DNA from: Escherichia coli
GTDB taxonomy: Bacteria > Pseudomonadota > Gammaproteobacteria > Enterobacterales > Enterobacteriaceae
Assembly (NCBI RefSeq): GCF_030013595.1
Contig: NZ_CP122768.1
DNA length: 64,000 nucleotides
Strand: one strand, 5' to 3'
The position numbers were made by a program, and so were the translations under genes. A model generated the notes under the pieces. That model made no database searches, had not been told where the DNA came from, and saw only the letters and a list, made by a program, of their open reading frames with translations. Below are positions 33,452 to 44,573 of this stretch, in pieces. The number at the start of each line of letters is the position of its first letter. The first letter of the stretch is position 1.

Positions 33452-35131
33452 GTGAACAAAATATTTTCCTCACATGTGATGCCTTTCCGCGCTCTGATCG
33501 ACGCTTGCTGGAAAGAAAAATATACTGCCGCACGGTTTACCCGTGACCTGATTGCCGGGATAACCGTCGGGATTATTGCTATCCCGCTGGCAATGGCGTT
33601 GGCTATTGGTAGTGGTGTGGCACCCCAGTACGGTTTATATACCGCAGCTGTTGCGGGGATTGTCATTGCTCTGACGGGTGGGTCACGCTTTAGCGTTTCC
33701 GGTCCGACTGCGGCATTTGTGGTAATTCTCTATCCCGTTTCGCAACAGTTTGGACTGGCAGGACTGCTGGTCGCGACACTCATGTCAGGTGTCTTTTTGA
33801 TCCTGATGGGGCTGGCACGTTTTGGACGCTTGATTGAATATATTCCGGTTTCCGTGACCTTAGGTTTCACCTCGGGTATCGGGATCACCATCGGTACCAT
33901 GCAGATTAAAGATTTTCTCGGTCTGCAAATGGCCCATGTCCCGGAGCATTATCTACAAAAAGTCGGCGCATTATTTATGGCGCTGCCGACCATTAATGTG
34001 GGTGATGCAGCCATTGGCATTGTGACGCTTGGCATTCTGGTTTTCTGGCCGCGTCTGGGCATTCGTTTGCCTGGTCACCTTCCGGCCTTGCTGGCTGGTT
34101 GCGCGGTGATGGGGATTGTTAACCTGCTCGGCGGACATGTTGCTACCATCGGTTCGCAGTTCCACTACGTTCTGGCCGATGGTTCTCAGGGTAACGGTAT
34201 TCCGCAATTGCTGCCACAACTGGTGCTGCCGTGGGACCTGCCCAATTCAGAATTCACGCTAACCTGGGATTCTATTCGCACACTGCTGCCTGCGGCATTC
34301 TCAATGGCAATGCTCGGCGCAATCGAATCTCTGCTCTGCGCCGTGGTGCTGGATGGTATGACCGGAACGAAACACAAAGCGAACAGCGAACTGGTTGGAC
34401 AGGGACTGGGGAATATCATCGCCCCGTTCTTTGGTGGTATTACCGCTACAGCTGCCATCGCGCGCTCTGCCGCTAACGTCCGTGCCGGGGCAACTTCCCC
34501 TATCTCGGCGGTGATCCACTCTATTCTGGTTATTCTTGCCCTGCTGGTACTGGCACCGCTGCTCTCCTGGCTGCCGCTTTCCGCCATGGCTGCCCTGCTG
34601 TTGATGGTGGCGTGGAACATGAGTGAAGCGCACAAAGTGGTCGACTTGCTGCGTCATGCGCCGAAAGATGACATCATCGTCATGCTGCTGTGCATGTCGC
34701 TGACCGTGCTGTTTGATATGGTTATTGCCATCAGCGTGGGGATCGTGCTGGCATCGCTGCTGTTTATGCGTCGTATCGCACGTATGACTCGCCTGGCCCC
34801 GGTAGTCGTAGACGTTCCAGACGATGTTCTGGTTCTGCGCGTTATTGGCCCGCTGTTCTTTGCTGCCGCTGAAGGCTTGTTCACGGACCTGGAGTCACGT
34901 CTTGAAGGCAAACGGATTGTGATTCTGAAGTGGGATGCCGTTCCGGTACTTGATGCTGGTGGTCTTGATGCGTTCCAGCGTTTTGTGAAGCGTCTACCCG
35001 AAGGATGTGAACTGCGCGTGTGCAACGTGGAATTCCAGCCACTGCGCACTATGGCTCGAGCAGGCATTCAACCGATCCCGGGCCGCCTTGCTTTCTTCCC
35101 GAATCGTCGCGCGGCGATGGCGGATTTATAA
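33452..35131 (+). CDS. dauA: C4-dicarboxylic acid transporter DauA (SulP family, STAS domain)
   Basis: 559 aa polytopic SulP-type ORF with C-terminal STAS domain. Confidence 0.94.
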   Translation: MNKIFSSHVMPFRALIDACWKEKYTAARFTRDLIAGITVGIIAIPLAMALAIGSGVAPQYGLYTAAVAGIVIALTGGSRFSVSGPTAAFVVILYPVSQQFGLAGLLVATLMSGVFLILMGLARFGRLIEYIPVSVTLGFTSGIGITIGTMQIKDFLGLQMAHVPEHYLQKVGALFMALPTINVGDAAIGIVTLGILVFWPRLGIRLPGHLPALLAGCAVMGIVNLLGGHVATIGSQFHYVLADGSQGNGIPQLLPQLVLPWDLPNSEFTLTWDSIRTLLPAAFSMAMLGAIESLLCAVVLDGMTGTKHKANSELVGQGLGNIIAPFFGGITATAAIARSAANVRAGATSPISAVIHSILVILALLVLAPLLSWLPLSAMAALLLMVAWNMSEAHKVVDLLRHAPKDDIIVMLLCMSLTVLFDMVIAISVGIVLASLLFMRRIARMTRLAPVVVDVPDDVLVLRVIGPLFFAAAEGLFTDLESRLEGKRIVILKWDAVPVLDAGGLDAFQRFVKRLPEGCELRVCNVEFQPLRTMARAGIQPIPGRLAFFPNRRAAMADL

Positions 35132-35185
35132 GTACGAGATTGACCAGTCAGCGCAAACTGACTGGTCAGCAAACTGCAGTATTTG

Positions 35186-35464
35186 TTAGCTATGACGGCG
35201 ATTATCGCTACGGCGGCAACGTTTGTCATAGTGGCGAACCCACCAGTAACGGTCGCACACCTGTTCATGCCCGCCAACACGGGCCCCCGCCAGCCAGAGA
35301 ATGGCACCGACGAAAATACTTAGCACTGCACCATGTGCGAAATACTGGGGCATATTAAACTGTGGTAACTGGTTGAGGATTGAATACCCCACGCCGACCA
35401 CCATTACCACCAGACCCAACCCCATGAGCACGTTACCGAGTAACGAAGCGTTTTTGCGTTTCAT
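35186..35464 (-). CDS. ychH: Small inner-membrane protein YchH
   Basis: 92 aa ORF with two hydrophobic helices. Confidence 0.88.
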   Translation of the reverse strand: MKRKNASLLGNVLMGLGLVVMVVGVGYSILNQLPQFNMPQYFAHGAVLSIFVGAILWLAGARVGGHEQVCDRYWWVRHYDKRCRRSDNRRHS

Positions 35465-35741
35465 ATGTCACCTCCGGAACTTTCTGGGTTGTAACAGGGA
35501 ATACCCCTCTTCCTTATGTGTAAAGTATAGACAACACCCTGTGGGTTATGTGCGGGCGTGATCACAATTACAACCCTTATTTCAACAAAACTTTACAAAT
35601 AAACGCCTGAACACCTTGACTTTCTAATAGTCCACTCAGGCAATTATTGCGTTATCTGCATTTGATACGCAGTTTTTTGTCAAGCGGGGCCGCAACCAGT
35701 AAACTACGCGCCAGTTATGTACACACTCAGGACAAAAAAAC

Positions 35742-36326
35742 GTGACGATTAAATTGATTGTCGGCCTGGCGAACCCCGGCGCTGAATACGCCGCAACGCG
35801 ACATAATGCTGGTGCCTGGTTCGTTGACTTACTGGCAGAGCGATTGCGCGCTCCGCTGCGCGAAGAGGCTAAATTCTTTGGTTATACTTCGCGAGTCACC
35901 CTTGGAGGCGAAGATGTCCGCCTGTTAGTCCCGACTACATTTATGAATCTCAGCGGCAAAGCCGTTGCGGCGATGGCCAGTTTTTTCCGCATTAATCCGG
36001 ACGAAATTCTGGTGGCCCACGACGAACTGGATCTGCCTCCTGGCGTCGCCAAATTTAAGTTGGGCGGTGGCCATGGTGGTCACAATGGACTGAAAGACAT
36101 CATCAGTAAATTGGGTAATAACCCTAACTTTCACCGTTTACGCATCGGAATCGGTCATCCGGGCGATAAAAATAAAGTTGTTGGTTTTGTATTAGGCAAA
36201 CCGCCTGTTAGTGAACAGAAGTTAATTGATGAAGCCATCGACGAAGCGGCGCGTTGTACTGAAATGTGGTTTACAGATGGCTTGACCAAGGCAACGAACC
36301 GATTGCACGCCTTTAAAGCACAATAA
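35742..36326 (+). CDS. pth: Peptidyl-tRNA hydrolase
   Basis: 194 aa; [27 protein letters not shown]... canonical Pth. Confidence 0.96.
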
Positions 36327-36442
36327 GTCGTTGTCTGCGGCATTTTTGCCGAGTGCCGTGTATAATAGGCAAAGTTATTTCCATTTCTGCAATCTGTTAG
36401 CAATAACAGGTTGATTATTAAGATATTAAGGTGATTTAAATC

Positions 36443-37534
36443 ATGGGATTCAAATGCGGTATCGTCGGTTTGCCCAACGTCGGGAAATCTACCCTGTTCA
36501 ACGCGCTGACCAAAGCCGGTATTGAAGCGGCCAACTTTCCATTCTGCACCATTGAGCCGAACACAGGCGTCGTACCAATGCCTGACCCTCGCCTGGATCA
36601 ACTGGCTGAAATCGTAAAACCGCAGCGTACGCTTCCCACGACCATGGAATTTGTCGATATCGCCGGTCTGGTAAAAGGCGCATCGAAAGGCGAAGGTCTG
36701 GGTAACCAGTTCCTGACTAACATCCGTGAAACCGAAGCGATCGGTCACGTTGTTCGCTGCTTTGAAAATGACAACATCATTCACGTTTCCGGCAAAGTTA
36801 ACCCGGCGGATGATATTGAAGTTATCAACACCGAACTGGCGCTGGCGGACCTCGACACCTGCGAACGTGCGATTCATCGCGTACAGAAGAAAGCCAAAGG
36901 TGGCGATAAAGACGCGAAAGCCGAGCTGGCGGTACTGGAAAAATGCCTGCCGCAGCTGGAAAACGCAGGTATGCTGCGCGCGCTGGATTTAAGCGCTGAA
37001 GAGAAAGCGGCTATTCGTTACCTGAGCTTCCTGACGCTGAAACCAACAATGTACATCGCCAACGTCAACGAAGACGGTTTTGAAAACAACCCGTATCTTG
37101 ACCAGGTGCGTGAAATCGCGGCGAAAGAAGGTTCTGTTGTGGTTCCGGTTTGTGCTGCTGTTGAAGCAGACATTGCCGAACTGGACGACGAAGAACGTGA
37201 CGAGTTTATGCAGGAGCTTGGGCTGGAAGAGCCGGGCCTGAACCGTGTGATCCGTGCCGGTTATAAGCTGCTGAACCTGCAAACTTACTTCACCGCTGGG
37301 GTGAAAGAAGTACGTGCATGGACCATTCCGGTTGGTGCAACCGCGCCGCAGGCCGCTGGCAAAATCCATACTGATTTTGAAAAAGGCTTTATCCGTGCAC
37401 AAACTATTTCGTTCGAAGATTTCATCACTTACAAAGGTGAACAAGGCGCGAAAGAAGCAGGCAAAATGCGTGCAGAAGGCAAAGATTACATCGTTAAAGA
37501 TGGCGATGTAATGAACTTCCTGTTCAATGTCTAA
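36443..37534 (+). CDS. ychF: Ribosome-binding ATPase YchF (Obg-family GTPase)
   Basis: 363 aa; P-loop [15 protein letters not shown] domain at C-terminus. Confidence 0.97.
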
Positions 37535-37593
37535 TTAATTTGTTGTCTCATGAGGTTTCGCTAAATCTCATGAAGAGCGCAAAAGTATATAAA

Positions 37594-37620
37594 ATCCACG
37601 CAATTGCGTGGATTTTTCAT
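37594..37620 (+). terminator. Rho-independent terminator of pth-ychF
   Basis: atccacgc-aatt-gcgtggat followed by T5. Confidence 0.7.
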
Positions 37621-37779
37621 TTCACCGAGTCCTAACCATTCTTATAACATCCTACACTTTTGTGCTTATTGCCTATAGTGAACCACCAGAATAATTAAAG
37701 ACATAAGTGTTCAGATGAGGGATATCTCATTAGCAATGAGATAACGTAAGTTTGTGTTCCACTGCACATCAGACACCTT

Positions 37780-38034
37780 TTACAGCTGATCAATATTGAT
37801 CACGCTCCAATATGCTGGCGAGAAAAGGACTTGCCTGAAGGGCAATATCCAGCAGATAAAGCCCCCGAATAACGTGATTACGTGCGATCCTGGCAAGATG
37901 AAAATGATAACCAGTAGCACGATAATAACGATAAGCCAGAAAATCCATTGATCAAAAATGAATATCGATGTTTTTTGCTTTTTCTTATTAGTAATGCAAA
38001 AATGGCTCATATTGTTTTTGTTATGCAGATACAT
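37780..38034 (-). CDS. Hypothetical small membrane protein (doubtful ORF in AT-rich intergenic region)
   Basis: 84-85 aa ORF with two hydrophobic segments in a very AT-rich region; no clear SD; may be non-coding. Confidence 0.2.
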   Translation of the reverse strand: MYLHNKNNMSHFCITNKKKQKTSIFIFDQWIFWLIVIIVLLVIIFILPGSHVITLFGGFICWILPFRQVLFSPAYWSVINIDQL

Positions 38035-38378
38035 CAAGCGAAAATCCCATAACTAATTAGGATTATTACCAAAAATATTCACCAAATTATTTAACCGCTG
38101 TTTGTTGTAATGTTTTTGTCATATTCATAGTAACGAATTGGAATAAGTAACGACAACTTAGGGAATAACTCGATCTAAACTCACCTTTGTAAGGAGGATG
38201 TTAAATATATATTAATTCCTGTGTTCCTGATTTTGCCCGGTAATAGAGAATTATTCTCAGAGCAGCTCATCATGATTGCACCATACAAATATCATGATGA
38301 TAAGAGGATATTATGCATTGACTTAAACAAAATGACAAAATCCATAGACCCATAGCCTGGGTACTATATAGGAGTGGT

Positions 38379-41246
38379 ATGGGCATCAAACAACACAATG
38401 GGAATACCAAAGCCGATCGTCTCGCTGAATTAAAAATCCGTTCGCCCTCAATTCAACTGATAAAATATGGCGCTATTGGTTTGAATGCAATTATCTTTTC
38501 CCCCCTGCTGATAGCTGCTGATTTAGGAAGTCAAAATGGCACCAATATTACTATTAGTGATGGTGACAGAATTACAGGAGATACCGCCGATCCATCAGGA
38601 AACCTCTATGGTGTAATGACCCCAGCAGGAAACACGCCTGGCAATATCAACCTGGGTAATGATGTCACCGTCAATGTCAACGACGCCTCTGGATATGCAA
38701 AGGGAATCATTATTCAGGGCAATAACAGCTCCCTGACAGCTAACCGACTTACAGTAGATGTTGTTGGTCAAACCTCTGCCATCGGCATTAATTTAATTGG
38801 TGACTATACCCATGCTGACTTAGGCACAGGCAGCACCATTAAGAGTAACGATGACGGCATCATTATTGGACATAGCTCAACACTAACAGCCACTCAATTC
38901 ACCATTGAAAACTCGAACGGTATAGGCCTAACCATCAATGACTATGGCACCAGTGTCGATCTTGGAAGCGGAAGTAAAATCAAGACCGATGGAAGTACAG
39001 GTGTTTATATCGGTGGTCTCAACGGCAATAACGCCAATGGTGCTGCGCGTTTTACGGCGACAGACCTGACAATCGATGTTCAGGGCTATAGCGCCATGGG
39101 AATAAACGTACAGAAAAACTCTGTTGTCGATCTCGGAACAAACAGTTCCATTACAACCAATGGCGATAATGCACACGGCCTCTGGAGCTTTGGCCAGGTG
39201 AGCGCGAATGCACTCACTGTTGATGTAACTGGAGCCGCGGCAAATGGCGTCGAAGTTCGTGGTGGTACAACCACTATCGGTGCTGATAGCCATATTTCTT
39301 CCGCGCAGGGCGGTGGCCTCGTAACCAGTGGTTCAGACGCGACAATCAATTTTTCTGGCACGGCAGCGCAACGAAACAGCATCTTTTCCAGCGGTTCTTA
39401 TGGTGCCTCAGCCCAGACGGCAACGGCTGTTATCAACATGCAAAATACCGATATTACGGTTGATCGTAATGGCAGTCTGGCGCTGGGTTTGTGGGCGCTC
39501 AGCGGCGGTAGAATAACCGGAGACAGTTTGGCTATCACCGGCGCGGCAGGAGCCAGGGGAATTTATGCTATGACCAACAGCCAGATCGACCTCACGAGCG
39601 ATCTGGTCATTGATATGAGTACACCCGACCAGATGGCCATTGCAACGCAACATGACGATGGTTATGCCGCCAGCCGCATCAACGCCTCGGGTCGTATGCT
39701 TATCAACGGTAGCGTTCTTTCCAAAGGTGGGCTAATCAATCTGGATATGCACCCCGGGTCGGTTTGGACAGGTTCTTCCCTCAGCGATAATGTCAATGGC
39801 GGGAAACTGGACGTTGCAATGAATAACAGCGTCTGGAACGTAATAAGTAATTCTAATCTCGACACGCTGGCGCTGAGCCATTCAACTGTCGATTTTGCCA
39901 GCCACACGTCAACTGCCGGCACATTTACCACATTAAACGTAGAGAACCTGAGCGGTAACAGTACCTTTATTATGCGTGCTGATGTTGTTGGCGAGGGTAA
40001 TGGCGTTAATAATAAAGGGGATTTATTGAATATCAGCGGGAGTAGTGCTGGTAATCACGTATTGGCTATCCGTAACCAGAGCAGCGAGGCCACAACGGGA
40101 AATGAAGTTCTGACTGTGGTAAAAACCACTGACGGCGCGGCCTCGTTCAGCGCGTCTTCTCAGGTTGAGTTGGGAGGATATCTGTATGATGTGCGTAAAA
40201 ATGGCACTAACTGGGAGCTTTATGCTTCCGGGACAATTCCGGCGCCGACTCCTAATCCTGAGCCCACACCAGCTCCCGCTCAGCCCCCCATAGTCAACCC
40301 CGATCCTACGCCTAACCCCACTCCCACACCTAAACCCACCACGACCGCAGATGCTGGCGGCAATTATCTCAATGTCGGTTACTTATTAAACTATGTTGAA
40401 AACCGTACGCTGATGCAACGGATGGGTGACCTGCGAAATCAGAGTAAAGACGGAAATATCTGGCTGCGCAGTTATGGGGGAAGTCTGGACTCCTTCGCCA
40501 GTGGCAAACTGAGCGGCTTTGACATGGGTTACAGCGGTATCCAGTTTGGTGGGGATAAACGTCTCTCTGATGTAATGCCGTTGTATGTCGGTCTGTATAT
40601 TGGCTCAACACATGCATCGCCGGACTATAGCGGAGGCGACGGTACCGCACGTTCAGACTACATGGGAATGTACGCCAGTTACATGGCACACAGCGGTTTT
40701 TACAGCGATCTCGTTGTAAAAGCATCACGCCAGAAAAATAGTTTCCACGTACTGGACAGTCAGAACAACGGCGTTAATGCCAACGGCACTGCGAATGGAA
40801 TGAGTATCGCCCTGGAAGCCGGGCAGAGGTTCAACCTGACCCCTACTGGTTATGGGTTCTATATAGAGCCGCAAACCCAGCTCACATACAGCCACCAGAA
40901 TGAGATGGCTATGAAGGCGAGTAATGGCCTCAATATACATCTGAATCACTACGAATCGCTGCTGGGGCGTGCCAGCATGATACTGGGATATGACATCACC
41001 GCAGGCAACAGCCAGCTGAATGTCTATGTGAAGACTGGCGCTATCCGCGAGTTTTCAGGGGATACCGAATATCTGTTGAACAACTCCCGGGAGAAGTACA
41101 GTTTCAAAGGTAATGGCTGGAATAACGGCGTGGGAGTCAGTGCACAGTATAACAAACAGCACACATTCTATCTCGAAGCGGATTACACGCAGGGTAACCT
41201 CTTTGATCAGAAGCAAGTCAACGGAGGATATCGCTTCAGCTTTTAA
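38379..41246 (+). CDS. ycgV: Autotransporter adhesin-like protein YcgV
   Basis: 955 aa; Gly/Thr/Asn-rich repetitive passenger, Pro-rich linker (PAPTPNPEPTPAPAQPPIVNPDPTPNPTPTPKPTT) and C-terminal beta-barrel ending in aromatic residue (RFSF). Confidence 0.9.
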   Translation: MGIKQHNGNTKADRLAELKIRSPSIQLIKYGAIGLNAIIFSPLLIAADLGSQNGTNITISDGDRITGDTADPSGNLYGVMTPAGNTPGNINLGNDVTVNVNDASGYAKGIIIQGNNSSLTANRLTVDVVGQTSAIGINLIGDYTHADLGTGSTIKSNDDGIIIGHSSTLTATQFTIENSNGIGLTINDYGTSVDLGSGSKIKTDGSTGVYIGGLNGNNANGAARFTATDLTIDVQGYSAMGINVQKNSVVDLGTNSSITTNGDNAHGLWSFGQVSANALTVDVTGAAANGVEVRGGTTTIGADSHISSAQGGGLVTSGSDATINFSGTAAQRNSIFSSGSYGASAQTATAVINMQNTDITVDRNGSLALGLWALSGGRITGDSLAITGAAGARGIYAMTNSQIDLTSDLVIDMSTPDQMAIATQHDDGYAASRINASGRMLINGSVLSKGGLINLDMHPGSVWTGSSLSDNVNGGKLDVAMNNSVWNVISNSNLDTLALSHSTVDFASHTSTAGTFTTLNVENLSGNSTFIMRADVVGEGNGVNNKGDLLNISGSSAGNHVLAIRNQSSEATTGNEVLTVVKTTDGAASFSASSQVELGGYLYDVRKNGTNWELYASGTIPAPTPNPEPTPAPAQPPIVNPDPTPNPTPTPKPTTTADAGGNYLNVGYLLNYVENRTLMQRMGDLRNQSKDGNIWLRSYGGSLDSFASGKLSGFDMGYSGIQFGGDKRLSDVMPLYVGLYIGSTHASPDYSGGDGTARSDYMGMYASYMAHSGFYSDLVVKASRQKNSFHVLDSQNNGVNANGTANGMSIALEAGQRFNLTPTGYGFYIEPQTQLTYSHQNEMAMKASNGLNIHLNHYESLLGRASMILGYDITAGNSQLNVYVKTGAIREFSGDTEYLLNNSREKYSFKGNGWNNGVGVSAQYNKQHTFYLEADYTQGNLFDQKQVNGGYRFSF

Positions 41247-41345
41247 GTGGGGGATAGACAAGCCCTTAAACGATGCTGAAAATTGTTAGCGTGCGCCGGA
41301 ATGAAATACAGATCACTCTGATGTATCATAAATCGTTTCTGTCTT

Positions 41346-43265
41346 TCATACCCGGCGCTTAAACTGCCCTGCATCAATGCCATGTTGCTTCATTTTCCGC
41401 CACAGCGTAGTGCGGCCGATTCCAAGTAAAGCCGACATTTCCTGAATGCGACCGCCTGTGACCTGGGCTGCGTTAATAATTGCCTCTTTTTCAACTTCCG
41501 CAAATGACAGACTGGTGGAAAGGCGGGTGGCGCTGACATCATCTGTCGCCTGCTCGGTAAACAGATGTTCAGGTAAATCACTGACGCGAATGCGCCCGTT
41601 ATCACTACTCAGAGCAAGATTCTCGATGACGCTGTAAATTTCAAAATCGTTGCCTGGCCATGCACAAGAAACCAGGCGAGCGAGGGCATCGTCGTCAATT
41701 TTCAGACGCGTAGAGAAGCGTTTTTCAAGACTGCGTAATTTGTTATTCACCAGCGCCGGAATGCTGCCACGCCGCATACGCAGAGGCGGGATGGTAATTT
41801 CAAATGCATGCAGCGCGTAATACAGCTGGCGACTAAAGCGATTTTGTTCCACCAGCATTGCCAGGTCCGCGGTCGTTGTGGCAATCACTTTGACATCAAT
41901 GGGTATTAAACGCCGCGCATCCAGTCGCGTGATAACACCCTGCTTGATAACCTGAAGCAAAGCAGACTGTAACTCCACCGCCAGATATTCAATCTTTTCA
42001 AGAAACAGCGTGCCGCCGTGCGCCAGTTCCAGCCGACTCAGACGGCCATTTTCATTATCCGTGCGATCGCCACCAATAAATTCTTCCGCCAGCGCCGCAT
42101 CACCATATAACTCACAATTGACGGCAATATAAGGCCCCGCTGCACGCTCGCTTTCATTATGAATTGCCTGACTTAGCAGTGCCTTGCCCACGCCCTCTTC
42201 TCCACAAAGCAGGACAGGAAAGCTACTACGCGCCGCCTGGCGACCAAAATGAATCAAGCGGCGGGTTTGCGGATCGTCCTGTGGCATATGAGCGAAAGTA
42301 TGGCTGACTTTTCCTAATTGACTGGTCATTAACTGCCGCATCTGTTCCACAGGATGGAGCAACAAAATAAAGCTGGTTCCCTGCGTTTCTATTATCGGTT
42401 TAAGGGTTATCACCGCATCAATAAACTGGTGCTGGCTTTCAAAGGTTGCTTCTACGTGTTTGAGCGGATGTGCCTGTTTTATTGCTTGTTGCAATACGGC
42501 GGGTAACGTTAAGAGTTCAGTGATTGCCCTTCCCTGACTTGCCGTCGCGTCAAGGCGCAAGGCCCGCGCCGCCTGGGCGTTGATAAATTGCAAATTACCC
42601 TGCTCGTCCCAGCTAATCACGCCATCATCCATACTTTCTAACAGGGCATTAAGTTGATTTAAATGACGGTTAGTTTCAGCGAGCAAACTGTCCGTCAGCA
42701 GTAAATTACCGACCTCGCGGGCGATTGCTAACGTCAACGGCAAATCAGCTGCGGTAGTTTGCTCAACCGGACACGCCAGCGCTATTGTTCCCGTCAATCG
42801 GCCCTTGCTGTCAAACAACGGCGTTGCACAAAAGGCCCAGTTCCAGAGTGCCTGTTTGAAATGTTGATCGGCCATCGTTTTCACGGCCTGACCAGAGATA
42901 GCCGCTAACGATAGCGCACAAGTACCAATAATTCCCTCGGCGCAATACGTGCCGTCATTGAATCCCAGTGTACTTAGTTGCTGCAAGGTTTGCGGATCGC
43001 CATTACGGCTGAGAATGCAGGCGGTTTCATCGAGGATAAACAACGCACACTCTCGCGGTGCCATATATTCCCAGGCATCTTCCAGCGCAGCCTGCCCGAG
43101 CGTCAGCATCGCTTTCTTACGCCGATAAATAGACGCAAATGTCACGCCCTGGGCCTGGTGTGGTACGTTCCATGTCTCCCGTTTCATCAGCTTATTGCAT
43201 CTCTCCCAGGAGGTTGCAATTAAGGGAGATATGCCCCGACCATCGTTGTTAAAAGCGCCACTCAT
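41346..43265 (-). CDS. dhaR: Sigma-70-dependent transcriptional regulator of dha operon (GAF-PAS-AAA+-HTH)
   Basis: Start at MSGAFNNDGRG gives 639 aa; AAA+ motif GEEGVGKALLSQAIH and C-terminal Fis-type HTH; divergent from dhaK. Confidence 0.93.
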   Translation of the reverse strand: MSGAFNNDGRGISPLIATSWERCNKLMKRETWNVPHQAQGVTFASIYRRKKAMLTLGQAALEDAWEYMAPRECALFILDETACILSRNGDPQTLQQLSTLGFNDGTYCAEGIIGTCALSLAAISGQAVKTMADQHFKQALWNWAFCATPLFDSKGRLTGTIALACPVEQTTAADLPLTLAIAREVGNLLLTDSLLAETNRHLNQLNALLESMDDGVISWDEQGNLQFINAQAARALRLDATASQGRAITELLTLPAVLQQAIKQAHPLKHVEATFESQHQFIDAVITLKPIIETQGTSFILLLHPVEQMRQLMTSQLGKVSHTFAHMPQDDPQTRRLIHFGRQAARSSFPVLLCGEEGVGKALLSQAIHNESERAAGPYIAVNCELYGDAALAEEFIGGDRTDNENGRLSRLELAHGGTLFLEKIEYLAVELQSALLQVIKQGVITRLDARRLIPIDVKVIATTTADLAMLVEQNRFSRQLYYALHAFEITIPPLRMRRGSIPALVNNKLRSLEKRFSTRLKIDDDALARLVSCAWPGNDFEIYSVIENLALSSDNGRIRVSDLPEHLFTEQATDDVSATRLSTSLSFAEVEKEAIINAAQVTGGRIQEMSALLGIGRTTLWRKMKQHGIDAGQFKRRV

Positions 43266-43492
43266 ATCCCGCATCCCTTATGACAAAAGGTGTTCCGGCT
43301 CGCAATTTTAAGTATTAATACACGTAAAAGTTTCAATATGGAACATTCATTAAAGCATATGTTTCACTATGAAACATAATTTGGGCTAATTTTCTTTTCC
43401 CTTGCCTGATGCACAATGGATTCATCGGCAGTCAGTGGTCGCCGTGTCGTTGAACATCATCCATGCCCTACCGTAATTGCTGGAGCAAAATA

Positions 43493-44563
43493 ATGAAAAA
43501 ATTGATCAATGATGTGCAAGACGTACTGGACGAACAACTGGCAGGACTAGCGAAAGCGCATCCATCGCTGACACTGCATCAGGATCCGGTGTATGTCACC
43601 CGAGCTGATGCCCCCGTGGCAGGAAAAGTCGCCCTGCTGTCGGGTAGCGGTAGCGGACACGAGCCGATGCACTGCGGTTATATCGGTCAGGGGATGCTTT
43701 CGGGGGCCTGTCCGGGCGAAATTTTCACCTCACCGACGCCCGATAAAATCTTTGAATGCGCCATGCAAATTGATGGCGGCGAAGGTGTACTGTTGATTAT
43801 CAAAAATTACACCGGCGATATTCTTAACTTCGAAACAGCAACCGAGTTACTGCACGATAGCGGCGTAAAAGTGACCACTGTGGTCATTGATGACGACGTT
43901 GCAGTAAAAGACAGTCTTTATACCGCCGGGCGGCGCGGCGTTGCCAACACCGTATTAATTGAAAAACTCGTAGGCGCAGCGGCGGAGCGTGGCGACTCAC
44001 TGGACGCCTGTGCGGAACTGGGGCGTAAGTTGAATAATCAAGGCCACTCAATAGGTATTGCTCTCGGTGCCTGTACCGTTCCTGCCGCGGGCAAACCTTC
44101 TTTTACCCTGGCGGACAATGAGATGGAGTTTGGCGTCGGCATTCATGGTGAGCCAGGTATTGACCGCCGTCCCTTCTCTTCCCTTGATCAAACCGTCGAT
44201 GAAATGTTCGACACCCTGCTGGAAAATGGCTCATACCATCGCACTTTGCGTTTCTGGGATTATCAACAAGGCAGCTGGCAGGAAGAATCACAAACCAAAC
44301 AACCGCTCCAGTCTGGCGATCGGGTGATTGCGCTGGTTAACAATCTTGGCGCAACTCCGCTTTCTGAGCTGTACGGCGTCTATAACCGCCTGACCACACG
44401 TTGCCAGCAAGCGGGATTGACTATCGAGCGTAATTTAATTGGCGCGTACTGCACCTCACTGGATATGACCGGTTTCTCAATCACCTTACTGAAAGTTGAT
44501 GACGAAACGCTGGCACTCTGGGACGCCCCGGTCCACACCCCGGCCCTTAACTGGGGTAAATAA
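43493..44563 (+). CDS. dhaK: Dihydroxyacetone kinase, DHA-binding subunit
   Basis: ATG 43493 (MKKLINDVQDVLDEQLAGL) gives 356 aa; DhaK domain. Confidence 0.95.
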   Translation: MKKLINDVQDVLDEQLAGLAKAHPSLTLHQDPVYVTRADAPVAGKVALLSGSGSGHEPMHCGYIGQGMLSGACPGEIFTSPTPDKIFECAMQIDGGEGVLLIIKNYTGDILNFETATELLHDSGVKVTTVVIDDDVAVKDSLYTAGRRGVANTVLIEKLVGAAAERGDSLDACAELGRKLNNQGHSIGIALGACTVPAAGKPSFTLADNEMEFGVGIHGEPGIDRRPFSSLDQTVDEMFDTLLENGSYHRTLRFWDYQQGSWQEESQTKQPLQSGDRVIALVNNLGATPLSELYGVYNRLTTRCQQAGLTIERNLIGAYCTSLDMTGFSITLLKVDDETLALWDAPVHTPALNWGK

Positions 44564-44573
44564 GGAGATAGCA

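Noticed and set aside
36155-36877. 240-aa minus-strand ORF antisense to ychF/pth
   Set aside because: Overlaps two highly conserved genes on the opposite strand; no start signals.
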